Positions 42,404 to 52,509 of a stretch of DNA of 64,000 bases are shown in pieces. Every line of letters begins with the position of its first letter. Position 1 is the stretch's first letter. Made by a program: the position numbers and the translations under genes. The stretch spans positions 1 to 64,000 of the IMG/VR virus record IMGVR_UViG_3300032284_001716, one strand, 5' to 3'. The notes under the pieces were generated by a model that did no database searches, was not told where the DNA came from, and saw only the letters and a list, made by a program, of their open reading frames with translations. Source of the DNA: a virus.

Positions 42404-43630
42404 ATGGCAGGTTTTAATCCAGGTGACGTCTTTATAGATGCGGTATCAGTGACATCACCTCGCGGTGGTAGCAGGAATCTAGCTCGTCAGTTCCTATCGG
42501 CCGATGTCACTGAAACTATATTCACGCCTGGCTGTTTAGTACAGATTAGAGTTATCGACTTTGACGACTATCTAGGCACATTTGGTAAGCTTACAGGTGA
42601 CGAGACTGTCACTTTTACTTTCCGTAAGCCTAATGGAGGATCGGCAACCTATAATCTACATCTAAACTCGGTTAAAGAAGTTGAGGATTCCGGTTCAACA
42701 AAGTCTAAAACCTACGTGCTTGATTGTATATCTGAAGAAGTTTTTTATGGTCAGGCAAAGCATGTCCAGAAGGGATATAATACTACTATTGATGGAATAG
42801 TCCAAGATGTGTTTGGTGAGCTAGGAAGTAAGTCACGTATTAATGCTGAGCCTACAAAAGGCAAGCGTAATATTAAACTAGCCAATCAACCGGTCTTTCA
42901 TGCTATCGAGATGCTAAGAAAAGAAGCTGTGTCCGAAAAGAATAAATCATCTAACTTTATGTTCTGGCAGACACACAGTGGATTTAACTTCAAGAGCATT
43001 GAGGAGATGATGAGTGGTGGTGATGTTAAGACTTTTAGAAGAGATAATACGGTTGGGCATAATCAAAATAGTAATTTTGACGTAAATGCTATTGCGTTTA
43101 AGGTGCTGCACTCTATGGATGCTATTAATCGTATTCATTCAGGAGCTATGAATCAAAGAGTGGCTACTTTTAATACCCATACAAATACGTTTACCTGGAA
43201 GGATATTAAACCGAAGGGTAGCGACCTAAATTCTTTAGGTCAAGGTATTATTATGACAGCTAATTTTATTAATGCTTTTTCTAGTGGCATGAGGGCTGTA
43301 ATGAGAATGGTCAATCACAACGATGATGTTAATATTGATAAGTCACATGTGCCGGAGACGATCCCACATAAGATGATGGACCTTGCAAGAATGCAAGAGC
43401 AGACTATGCATATGACAGTCATGGGTGATACAGTTCTTGAAGCCGGGAAGACTATTAATAATCAATTTCCAAAGATTACATCAGAGCCAAATAACAAAGA
43501 TCCAGATGCGCAAGCAAGTGGAAGATGGATCATATCAAAAGTTAAACATGAAATTAGGGGTCCTGATGCAAGACCTAGATGGGTTTCACATCTAGAGTGT
43601 CTAAAGGGCGCATATGAGGAGAGTGTCTAA
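42404..43630 (+). CDS. Baseplate hub (gp27-like)
   Basis: ETIF, FMFWQT..GFNFKSIE, GDTVLEAG, SGRWIISKVKH; precedes gp5. Confidence 0.7.
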   Translation: MAGFNPGDVFIDAVSVTSPRGGSRNLARQFLSADVTETIFTPGCLVQIRVIDFDDYLGTFGKLTGDETVTFTFRKPNGGSATYNLHLNSVKEVEDSGSTKSKTYVLDCISEEVFYGQAKHVQKGYNTTIDGIVQDVFGELGSKSRINAEPTKGKRNIKLANQPVFHAIEMLRKEAVSEKNKSSNFMFWQTHSGFNFKSIEEMMSGGDVKTFRRDNTVGHNQNSNFDVNAIAFKVLHSMDAINRIHSGAMNQRVATFNTHTNTFTWKDIKPKGSDLNSLGQGIIMTANFINAFSSGMRAVMRMVNHNDDVNIDKSHVPETIPHKMMDLARMQEQTMHMTVMGDTVLEAGKTINNQFPKITSEPNNKDPDAQASGRWIISKVKHEIRGPDARPRWVSHLECLKGAYEESV

Positions 43631-43941
43631 TGACTAAACAATCAAAAGGTATGCATTTCTTCGTTGCGGATGTTCGTAATATCGAGGATCCAAATGAAGG
43701 TGGTAAGATTCAAATTTGTGTGCACGGGCATCATAACATTGGGCCAAAACCTATTCCCGATAAAGATCTTCCATGGGCACATTGCATTATGAACAATAGT
43801 CCATCAATTAATGGTATTGGTGAATCAGTTGGCTATATTGCACAAAGCACTGTTGTGGGATTCTGGTTAGATGGCGATAGAAAACAGATTCCATATATCA
43901 TCGGTAGTGTGCACCGTGGCGCACAACCAAAGGGCAAGTAA
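43630..43941 (+). CDS. Stand-alone gp5 N-terminal OB-fold
   Basis: DPNEGGKIQICVHGHH…DLPWA…VVGFWLDG…Q.P.IIGS. Confidence 0.8.
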   Translation: MTKQSKGMHFFVADVRNIEDPNEGGKIQICVHGHHNIGPKPIPDKDLPWAHCIMNNSPSINGIGESVGYIAQSTVVGFWLDGDRKQIPYIIGSVHRGAQPKGK

Positions 43942-45659
43942 TGGCTATTGGTAAAGATACAATATCAAGCGGATTAGGTAAAATAACCGGTCTCGGTGGT
44001 GTACAAGGTGAAGATCTTGAAGCACCCGCAGCTACGACCGGTAATAAAGGTGCATCTACACCAACTACTGATGCACCTAATCCTGGCCACATTCAACAGA
44101 ATGGTAAAAAGCCACCAACAACTAGTGCTGCTGATATTCTTAAAGCCGCTAGCCAAGGAGTGTATGGTCAATCAGCCATTGGTGTTAAAAAGCCTAGAGA
44201 AGAATTAACGAAAGACGATAACGCTGTCAAGAGCGTTAAGGATAAACACACTGAAGACAATAAAGGTAAACCTACAGAGCCAAAGAATCCTACAGCTGGT
44301 GCATCAGTGGCTGCTAAAATTCATGATGCTCTACTAGAGGTCGACCCGGATCAGATTGCTGCACCATTGAAGATGGCATTGCAATCAATGAATATGATTC
44401 GCATGATGGATAATATGACATCTCCTGCTGGTATTCTGGCTATGGCATCTGGTGGTATCGGTGGTGCACTCGGTGGACTGGCTGGTGCAGTCGGTCTTGG
44501 TGGTGTTCAGAATGCACTTAACGGCGCGATGGGTGGATTAAGTGCAATTGCCGGCGTAACTAGTACTATGCAGAATGCACTTCAAGGCGGTATGATGGGT
44601 ATGATCAGTGGTGCAGCACAAGGTGTGTTTCATCCCGCCGAACTTGCGCAGACTATTGAGTCTGCGTCGATCCTTCATACAGCAATGAATGAGATTGCAG
44701 CAGGTAGCGCATACGCAATTGATGCTGTCGCACAGTTTGGTGGTCCCGCATTTGGTTTAACACCCGGTTCGCTCGAGGCAAAGATTGCATTGCTTGGTCC
44801 TGGTGGCCAAATGACGCATACTCAGATCATTAATGGTGTTCGTGTAAATACATATATTCAGACATCCTCTATTCCTATGAATAATCACTATATGCCAAAG
44901 CTTAATGGGCTTGAGCATGTTGCAATTGCAGCTGGTGCTATCAGCGATATTGCTGGTTCATTATCAGATTTGATGGGAGTTGATAATCCAATTGGTGATG
45001 CGCTTGGTAAAGCATCTGATGCTCTTGGTGATGTAGCTGATGTTGCAGGTATTGCCGGTGGAATTGGTCATATCGGTGGTATGGTTAATGGATTAATGGG
45101 TGGTGGACCAGCTAGTATTGCTGGTGGGTTAGCTCTTGCCGGTACAGCCGCAAACGTTCTTGGTGGCGCTGCTAATGCACTAAGTGCCGGCGGATTAGCT
45201 GGTGCATTAACCGGTGGTATTGCTGGTATTGTCGATGGTGGGTTGAATAAAATTCTCGGTGGTCCGCTTGGCGGATTAATGGATATGGCCAGTAATTTAA
45301 TACCTAGTGTCGGCGGATCTATTATGGATATTGTTAAAAAAGAAGTACCTGGTATTGCAGCAATTGGTGGTAAGATGCCTAAGTTAGGTGAGACTATGAC
45401 TGATTCTGTAAAGGTACTTGCGCTTAGTAAAAAAGGTGCTGATGCTGCGCGTAATATATTCGAAGCACCACAGGCTGCAGCTATTGGTGAATTAGTTGGC
45501 ATGACTGCTGGCCTTGCGGCTGCTGTCGGTTCGTTTAAAGCTATTACACCATTTGGTGATATTGTGCACTCTGTTGCTGCTGGTGCTGCTATTGGCACAG
45601 TTGCTGGTTCAGCTATTGGATCAGTTGCACAGGGTCTTGGTTCTATTCTTAAGGGTTAA
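43941..45659 (+). CDS. Gly/Ala-rich virion protein between gp5 halves
   Basis: Long GxxxG-rich hydrophobic stretches; TAATG coupling. Confidence 0.7.
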   Translation: MAIGKDTISSGLGKITGLGGVQGEDLEAPAATTGNKGASTPTTDAPNPGHIQQNGKKPPTTSAADILKAASQGVYGQSAIGVKKPREELTKDDNAVKSVKDKHTEDNKGKPTEPKNPTAGASVAAKIHDALLEVDPDQIAAPLKMALQSMNMIRMMDNMTSPAGILAMASGGIGGALGGLAGAVGLGGVQNALNGAMGGLSAIAGVTSTMQNALQGGMMGMISGAAQGVFHPAELAQTIESASILHTAMNEIAAGSAYAIDAVAQFGGPAFGLTPGSLEAKIALLGPGGQMTHTQIINGVRVNTYIQTSSIPMNNHYMPKLNGLEHVAIAAGAISDIAGSLSDLMGVDNPIGDALGKASDALGDVADVAGIAGGIGHIGGMVNGLMGGGPASIAGGLALAGTAANVLGGAANALSAGGLAGALTGGIAGIVDGGLNKILGGPLGGLMDMASNLIPSVGGSIMDIVKKEVPGIAAIGGKMPKLGETMTDSVKVLALSKKGADAARNIFEAPQAAAIGELVGMTAGLAAAVGSFKAITPFGDIVHSVAAGAAIGTVAGSAIGSVAQGLGSILKG

Positions 45660-45661
45660 AC

Positions 45662-46384
45662 ATGGCAAAGCCACCAAATAATCGATTTCCGGATCATCCA
45701 CCCACACCGAAACAATACCTAAGTCACGTATCGACACGTGTCGATGGAAGCTATCGTGCTCACTCGATTGATCCAAGTAATCGTATGAGAACCGTTGGAT
45801 TCCTAACAGCAGCAGGTGTATTTTTAGCACATGTTATCGATGCTGCAGGACATGAGAGCTCGGCTACACCTGGTGGTACAAAACGATTCTCTCAGAGTGA
45901 TACTAAGACCACTACTAATCATGCTGATGCATCAGCTGGTGGCGGTAAGAGTGATAAGACAGCCGGCGGTGGTGATACACAGCATGGAGCCGATAAAACA
46001 GACTCTGTAAAGGGTGCCAAACTAGCTGCATCAAAGCAGTCTGCAAAGAACTTTGCTTCAGGTGGTAATGGTCGTCACGTAATGAAGGGTGATCAATCTA
46101 ATGTCGTTGAAGAAGGTGGTATGCACTTTGATATTTCAAAGGGATATACACTTACTACTAAAGATGGATCGGTAGCATTAAAAAGCACAGGCGGTGACAT
46201 CAATGTTTCTGCACCAGCAGGTAACTATGCTATTACAACTGCTGGTAATCAGACGCACATTGCATCAGATGACATGATATTTTCTAGTACAACACGAATA
46301 ATTTTATCAGTTGGTGCATCATATATTGAGATTACACCAAGCAAGATTACTATTAAATCTGCTAAGGTTGATATTAACCCATGA
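45662..46384 (+). CDS. gp5 C-terminal beta-helix spike-like protein
   Basis: Beta-rich repeats ending ILSVGASYIEITPSKITIKSAKVDINP (VgrG/gp5 tip-like); upstream of PAAR. Confidence 0.65.
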   Translation: MAKPPNNRFPDHPPTPKQYLSHVSTRVDGSYRAHSIDPSNRMRTVGFLTAAGVFLAHVIDAAGHESSATPGGTKRFSQSDTKTTTNHADASAGGGKSDKTAGGGDTQHGADKTDSVKGAKLAASKQSAKNFASGGNGRHVMKGDQSNVVEEGGMHFDISKGYTLTTKDGSVALKSTGGDINVSAPAGNYAITTAGNQTHIASDDMIFSSTTRIILSVGASYIEITPSKITIKSAKVDINP

Positions 46385-46593
46385 GCCACAAGTTTACCAT
46401 TCTAAAAGATGGCGTTCTTATAGACTACGATAAATATGAAGATATACCTGATTCTTTTGAACACGTAATTGCATTTCTACCTGAGATTCCTGATGGTCCA
46501 CATACTGAGGATCAACATGATGAGATTGAGCAATGGAATGATAAACTTCAAGCATTAATGAAGAAGGAACGAGAGAATGCCAGCAGTAACTAG
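46381..46593 (+). CDS. Conserved small protein upstream of PAAR
   Basis: YEDIP..FEHVIAF.P.IP.GPHT..QH. Confidence 0.7.
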   Translation: MSHKFTILKDGVLIDYDKYEDIPDSFEHVIAFLPEIPDGPHTEDQHDEIEQWNDKLQALMKKERENASSN

Positions 46594-46867
46594 AAAAGGT
46601 GATGCTGATGTTTCTCACTGTAGTGGTATGACTAGAGATGGTTGTTCACCAGATGTTTATGTGAATGGTATTGCAGTTAGTAGACAGGGTGATAATAATA
46701 CATCTCATCTATTACCTGGAGCACCATGTCCTTCCCATGCAGCGCCAATAGCTACTGGTTCATCGACAGTGTTTGTTAATGGTAAGGGTATTGGAAGAGT
46801 TGGAGATGCATTAAGTGGCTGCACATCAGTTGCAGCTGGTTCACCAAACGTATTTGCAGGCGGGTAA
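46577..46867 (+). CDS. PAAR spike tip protein (gp5.4)
   Basis: MPAVTRKGD…HC…GSSTVFVNG…RVGD…GSPNVFAG. Confidence 0.93.
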   Translation: MPAVTRKGDADVSHCSGMTRDGCSPDVYVNGIAVSRQGDNNTSHLLPGAPCPSHAAPIATGSSTVFVNGKGIGRVGDALSGCTSVAAGSPNVFAGG

Positions 46868-46868
46868 C

Positions 46869-47291
46869 ATGGTTAGCAGAGCAGACAGTATCGGACAACT
46901 ATATTATAAGGCAGATACCTACTCTGACTTCTCAAATGCGTTCACAAAGCATCCAGTGACCAACGAGTTAGTAGTGTTAAAGAATGAGGATTCCGTAAAG
47001 CAGGCCGTTAAAAATCTGATCTTAACAAGTGTTGGTGAAAGGCTTTTCGATCCATTTTTTGGATCAGACATCAATAGAACCTTATTTGAGAACTTTACAC
47101 CATTTACGGCTGAAGATTTAGTTAAGTACATTAATAAATCAATCAGACTATATGAGCCCAGAGTTAATCAAATACAGATTACTCCATTAGATGATCGTGA
47201 TCGTAACGGTATCACAATTAACATTCTTTTCACACTAATAAATAAGCCAGATCCGGTTCAACTAAGCATCTTCTTAAAAAGAGTCAGGTAA
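46869..47291 (+). CDS. gp25: Baseplate wedge gp25
   Basis: YSDF…HPVT…VKNLILT..GERLFDP.FGS…YEPRV. Confidence 0.93.
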   Translation: MVSRADSIGQLYYKADTYSDFSNAFTKHPVTNELVVLKNEDSVKQAVKNLILTSVGERLFDPFFGSDINRTLFENFTPFTAEDLVKYINKSIRLYEPRVNQIQITPLDDRDRNGITINILFTLINKPDPVQLSIFLKRVR

Positions 47292-49124
47292 ATGGCAGCC
47301 AATACATCACTATCACTGACATCACTAGATTTTGATACCTTAAAGACTAACTTTAAAGGCTTTCTGACATCTCAGCCTCAGTTCAAAGATTTCAACTTCG
47401 AAGGCTCAAACATGAACGTCCTCCTGGACGTCATGTCATATAACACCTATCTGAACTCTTTCTACCTGAATATGGTATCATCCGAGATGTTCATGGACAC
47501 AGCACAGAAATATGATTCTGTCGTGTCTCATGCTAAAGAGTTGAACTACCTTCCAAAGTCCGCCAAGTCTTCACTGGCTACTGTTTATTTTGATGCATCA
47601 ACAATTGGTATCTCGCCTCCTTTCTCTATTCCTAAAGGGGTGACGTTTAGTGGTACCAATTCAAATGGTGTATTTACATTCTCAACTAATCAGCTTCATA
47701 ACTATCAGTCGGCAAACTCTACCTACACTGTAACAGGCTTAAACCTGTACGAGGGTGTGTATACAACTGACGTTTTTGTGGTTGACTATACAGTAGAGTC
47801 TCAAAAATTCCTTCTTACTAACGAGAATATTGACATTGATAGTTTAACTGTTACTGTTAGTGAGTCTGGTAACGATACTGTTTTTGCACGTGTTCAAACA
47901 CTGTTTGGATTAAGTGAAGTATCAAACGTCTACTTCCTTCAGGGTGCACAAAACGGTCTTTACGAGGTTGTATTTGGCGACGGTCTGTTTGGCCGTAAGC
48001 CAGACAACTTAGCAATCATATCTGTTGAATATCGCGTATGCAGTGGTCCTGCGGCCGATGGCATCGACTCATTCCTATGTACGATGGATCTTGGCCAAAT
48101 TAATGGTGGTACTGCATCAATCTCAACACCAGTTGCATCTGCTATCTCTGCGGGTGGTGCAGACCCTGAATCGATTGAGTCTATTAGATTCTCTGCTCCT
48201 CGCTACTTTGCTACACAGCAAAGAGCTCTAGCATCTGACGACTACTCATCTCTTGTTCTGGATAACTATGGCGGACAGATTGATGCTGTTAGTGTGTATG
48301 GTGGTGAGACTCTTGAGCCTAAACAATATGGTCGTGTGGTTGTTTCTCTAAAGCCTATGGGTGGTACAGTTACACCTGATTATCTGAAGAATGAGATTTC
48401 ATCATTCCTTAAGGCATATACATCTCTACCTACACGTATTATCATTGCTGATCCAGAGTATTTTTATCTAGGTGTCGATACAACTGTACAGTATGAGAAG
48501 GTCGCAACCACAAAGCTAGTAACCGAACTTCAATCATTGATTGTTAACTCTATCTCAACATGGGGACAGAATAATCTTGGGCAGTTTGGTACTGACTTTA
48601 GATATAGTAAGTTTGTTGCTGCTATTGATGCGGTAGATACATCCATCACAAGTAATAATACAGACATCTATATGATTAAGCGTTTGTCACCACTTCTTGG
48701 ATATGCTTCCGGATTCTCAATCTCATTTAATAACTCTGCAGATATTGAGCAGACATCACCGGGTTATACAAAGAATAAGCCGTTTCATGATGAGCCTGTC
48801 CTCACATCGACAAAGTTTACCTATATGGATGCTGATGATAATATATGGGAAAATTGCTTTTTCAGGGATAATAATCTAGGCACTATTGTCATCTATTCTG
48901 TTATTAATGGTGAATTCACTATCATTAATCCATTAATTGGCACTATCAATTATGTCACAGGCCGTGTTGACATTCAGAAATTTATCACTACATATTATGA
49001 CCAATACATAGCAATTAAATATAAGACTCTGAATAAGGATGTTATCATCGGGCAGAATGCTATTGCTCTGATCGACATCAACAGCTATGATGTGAATGTT
49101 TCCGTTATAGAGACATTAAAGTAA
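47292..49124 (+). CDS. gp6: Baseplate wedge gp6
   Basis: LDFDTLK…FKDFNFEGS…SVVSHAKELNY.P…FGDG…ESIESIRF.AP. Confidence 0.95.
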   Translation: MAANTSLSLTSLDFDTLKTNFKGFLTSQPQFKDFNFEGSNMNVLLDVMSYNTYLNSFYLNMVSSEMFMDTAQKYDSVVSHAKELNYLPKSAKSSLATVYFDASTIGISPPFSIPKGVTFSGTNSNGVFTFSTNQLHNYQSANSTYTVTGLNLYEGVYTTDVFVVDYTVESQKFLLTNENIDIDSLTVTVSESGNDTVFARVQTLFGLSEVSNVYFLQGAQNGLYEVVFGDGLFGRKPDNLAIISVEYRVCSGPAADGIDSFLCTMDLGQINGGTASISTPVASAISAGGADPESIESIRFSAPRYFATQQRALASDDYSSLVLDNYGGQIDAVSVYGGETLEPKQYGRVVVSLKPMGGTVTPDYLKNEISSFLKAYTSLPTRIIIADPEYFYLGVDTTVQYEKVATTKLVTELQSLIVNSISTWGQNNLGQFGTDFRYSKFVAAIDAVDTSITSNNTDIYMIKRLSPLLGYASGFSISFNNSADIEQTSPGYTKNKPFHDEPVLTSTKFTYMDADDNIWENCFFRDNNLGTIVIYSVINGEFTIINPLIGTINYVTGRVDIQKFITTYYDQYIAIKYKTLNKDVIIGQNAIALIDINSYDVNVSVIETLK

Positions 49125-51382
49125 TGGAATTTTCAGTAGAGAAAAAGATCTCTAGCTTTGTTGAATCCCAGTTCCCTCAATTCTATCTGGATGAGGGTCC
49201 AAACTTTGTAGCATTCGTCAAAGCCTATTACGAGTGGATGGAGTCAGAGGGTGGCGCAATATATGGTGCTAGAAATATCTTTGATTTCAGAGATATTGAC
49301 AACACCCCTGATACTATGCCGTGGAATGATTCTAGCCTTAATGGATTCCTAGAACATTTCCAGCGTAAGTATCTCTACAGTATTCCATTCAACGTTATCG
49401 TCAATAAGCGATTCCTTCTTAAGCACATTCTTGATGTATATCGTTCTAAAGGTACGATCAGCTGCTATAAGCTTCTATTCCGCCTCATCTATAATGAGGA
49501 TGTTGATGTTTATCTTCCCGGCGTTAATGTACTACGTTTATCGGATGGTAAGTGGAATCAACCATTATACCTCGAGGTATCTGATAGTACTATTAGTCCA
49601 AGTTTTGTTGGCAAACGTATTATTGGTCTAGGCTCACGCACTACAGCTACTGTGGAAAACTATAGTAGAGAGCCTATTAATGAGAATCTAATTTGTACAT
49701 TATCATTGACTTCTATCCTACCAAAAGGTGGCACATTCACTAATGGTGAGAAAGTAATTGTCGTTGAAGATGCAACTAATGGAACACGTGTAGATTTAGC
49801 ACCTGTTATCATCGGCTCTCTTGATTCACTTGACATTATTAACGGCGGCCAAGACTATCAGGTTGGCGATGTCGTTAAGATTGCCCATCGTGATATTGTC
49901 ACCGGTGCTTTAACATCATATGGTGTTGATGGAACACTTCGCGTTGCTGAGACTGCAACATCACAGGGCTCTATCCACTATAATATTAAGAGCGGTGGTT
50001 TTGGTATCTCGATTGCCCAGGGCGCTCATATCTTTCAGTATAAGGGTAATGCTGATGGCGCCGGCGCCACATTCCAGATTGGTGCATTATCATATACCAT
50101 TCCAGTAGTCTATAACACTGATATTATCAGTGACTTTTTAGATGTTCAACTTGATGCAACATCATACGGGTTTGCTGCAAATGCAGCCGCAAATGCTAGT
50201 AGTGTTATTGGCCCATCAGATATTGAGTCCACACTATCATATGATATGAAAGTATTCGGATCTCTTGCAGCGCTGACTAACCAATATGGTGGCAATGGAT
50301 ACTCATCAAATCTGAATATCTTTATCCGCAATACGATGGAAGCTGGCCAGTATTTAAGTGGTAATATCAGCTATAATACCACATCAAATACTATTACCGG
50401 TACTAACACTACATTCCAAAGATACTTCTCAGCAAATGACGTCATATGGCTTCAGGCTAATACAGCTAATAATCTAACAAAAGAATACGCTGTTATTAAG
50501 TCAGTCGATAGTAACACAAGTATCACACTTTATGGTGCACCATCTATTAACTCGACAGCATCTGCAAAGCATAAAGTATCAACGGTTATTCTACCATCGC
50601 AGTTTGCCACGTATGAACCCATTGTAGCAACTAAAGATGGTTCTATTGCCGGCCTTAACTCAATCGTTGAAGGCGTACCTGCTGTAGGCTCTGGTGTTAT
50701 CTCTCGCCTTGATGCTGTTAACTCTGGTAAAGGTTATGTTGATACGGAGTATGTATCCGCATACCTATATGCCGGCTTAAGCTCAATTACTATCTACAAT
50801 GGTGGTATATTATACGCTAACGGTGAAGTTATTGTTTTTGCCGGCGATACTGAAGGAACTAGGGCCACCGGTTATGTCACAACAAATGCCAATGGTACAA
50901 TTCTTGCAGCTACTCTAACAAATGCTGGTTCAGGCTATAAAGGTGCACCTAGACTAATCGTACGTACACAGTACGGCACCGGCGCTGTGCTTGCAACCAC
51001 AGTTAATGAGTTTAATCCACTCAGTAAAATCACAGGGCGTGTTAAAAAGACTGGACTAGGTAAGACTGCAGGTTTCTGGAATACAGACGATGGCTTCTTG
51101 GATTCGAATAAATATATCCAGGATAGCTTCTTCTATCAAGACTTCTCATACCAACTCAAGACTGCTGCAACACTTGATAAGTATAAGAACATCTTGTATC
51201 AGACATTTCATACATCTGGTGCAGAACTGTTCGGTGAATATTCTAAGACGATTATTGATGGTGTACAAGCATCTATCTTGCAGGAAACTACGACGCCGTT
51301 ATATGTATTGCCAGAGTATATTACTATTGACGATACAACAAGATCAATTGATACAACACACTATACGGCAGACCAACTCTAA
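49124..51382 (+). CDS. gp7: Baseplate wedge initiator gp7
   Basis: QFPQF…FVKAYYEW…YRSKGT…LFR; C-terminal IQDSFFYQDFSY…H.SG. Confidence 0.85.
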   Translation: MEFSVEKKISSFVESQFPQFYLDEGPNFVAFVKAYYEWMESEGGAIYGARNIFDFRDIDNTPDTMPWNDSSLNGFLEHFQRKYLYSIPFNVIVNKRFLLKHILDVYRSKGTISCYKLLFRLIYNEDVDVYLPGVNVLRLSDGKWNQPLYLEVSDSTISPSFVGKRIIGLGSRTTATVENYSREPINENLICTLSLTSILPKGGTFTNGEKVIVVEDATNGTRVDLAPVIIGSLDSLDIINGGQDYQVGDVVKIAHRDIVTGALTSYGVDGTLRVAETATSQGSIHYNIKSGGFGISIAQGAHIFQYKGNADGAGATFQIGALSYTIPVVYNTDIISDFLDVQLDATSYGFAANAAANASSVIGPSDIESTLSYDMKVFGSLAALTNQYGGNGYSSNLNIFIRNTMEAGQYLSGNISYNTTSNTITGTNTTFQRYFSANDVIWLQANTANNLTKEYAVIKSVDSNTSITLYGAPSINSTASAKHKVSTVILPSQFATYEPIVATKDGSIAGLNSIVEGVPAVGSGVISRLDAVNSGKGYVDTEYVSAYLYAGLSSITIYNGGILYANGEVIVFAGDTEGTRATGYVTTNANGTILAATLTNAGSGYKGAPRLIVRTQYGTGAVLATTVNEFNPLSKITGRVKKTGLGKTAGFWNTDDGFLDSNKYIQDSFFYQDFSYQLKTAATLDKYKNILYQTFHTSGAELFGEYSKTIIDGVQASILQETTTPLYVLPEYITIDDTTRSIDTTHYTADQL

Positions 51383-51394
51383 GGAATATAGGCA

Positions 51395-52498
51395 GTGGCT
51401 CAACAGAATCTAAACGTAGGATTAGCGATTAACGACGGTACCGGTGACGTACTGCGCACTGCTTTTATCAAGATCCAAAATAACTTCTCTGACGTTTACA
51501 CAAACTATGTTTCCAATACCCAGTTAATTGCCAATCTAGCATTATATCAGACACTATCAGGACTTCAATCTAATATTGCACCAATGTCCGTTAATACGGC
51601 AAGCTATATTGGAAGTCTTCCAGCAGCTAACGTCGTTTCAAATGCACAGTTGATTGCTAACCTAAGCAATTATGTGGCAAGCAATACTTTAGCAGGTCTT
51701 ACACTTCAGAATACAGCAAACAACACAAATTATGTTGGTCCTATCCCAGCATCTAATGTTGTTTCATCTGCTATCCTATCTGGTAATCTAGCGGCCTATC
51801 TAACACTTACTGGTGTTGCTGCTAACGTTCTTCAGGTCACAGCAAACAACTCTAACTATTTTAATAGTCAGAATGCTGCGTATTACACCAATGCTTCAAA
51901 TTATCAGACAGGTACTTTACCGTGGGCACAAGCACCAACTGGTACAGTAAATACTTCGGCTGCATTTACATTTGCAAATACGATCACATTCTCTTCTAAT
52001 ATTGTTGCCAATAGAATTTCTGCAAATGGCGGACTTGGTAATAATCAGATACTGGCTGCTAACTCTACAGGTGGTCTTTATTGGTATACACCATCAGCGT
52101 TTGATACAACTGCTCAATATACCTTCACGAATGCTATCTCATTCAGCAGCAATGTAAACTTTACCGGAACTATCAGTGCTGCTGGCGCAAATACACTATC
52201 TCAACTATTGACCGATACTAGTGTTATCACATGGAACATGGCACAAGGTCAGATTGCTAAGGTAACTCTTGGTGGTAATAGACAAATGGCTAATCCAACT
52301 AATATGAAAGTTGGAACGTATATCTTGTATGTTTATCAAGATGGAACTGGCAGCAGAACGCTGACATGGGGCACTGCATTCAAGTGGACTGCAGGTGTAG
52401 CTCCAGTATTATCAACAGCTAATGGTGCGCTTGATATGTTTACGTTTGCATCAGACGGAACAAATCTTTACGGCTCATACATGCCGAATCTTAAGTAG
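51395..52498 (+). CDS. Baseplate-attached fibre protein (gp9/gp10-like N-terminus)
   Basis: NVG…NDGTGD.LR.AF.KI..NF; C-terminal QDGTGSRTLTW domain. Confidence 0.75.
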   Translation: MAQQNLNVGLAINDGTGDVLRTAFIKIQNNFSDVYTNYVSNTQLIANLALYQTLSGLQSNIAPMSVNTASYIGSLPAANVVSNAQLIANLSNYVASNTLAGLTLQNTANNTNYVGPIPASNVVSSAILSGNLAAYLTLTGVAANVLQVTANNSNYFNSQNAAYYTNASNYQTGTLPWAQAPTGTVNTSAAFTFANTITFSSNIVANRISANGGLGNNQILAANSTGGLYWYTPSAFDTTAQYTFTNAISFSSNVNFTGTISAAGANTLSQLLTDTSVITWNMAQGQIAKVTLGGNRQMANPTNMKVGTYILYVYQDGTGSRTLTWGTAFKWTAGVAPVLSTANGALDMFTFASDGTNLYGSYMPNLK

Positions 52499-52509
52499 GA
52501 TAGAATTTT

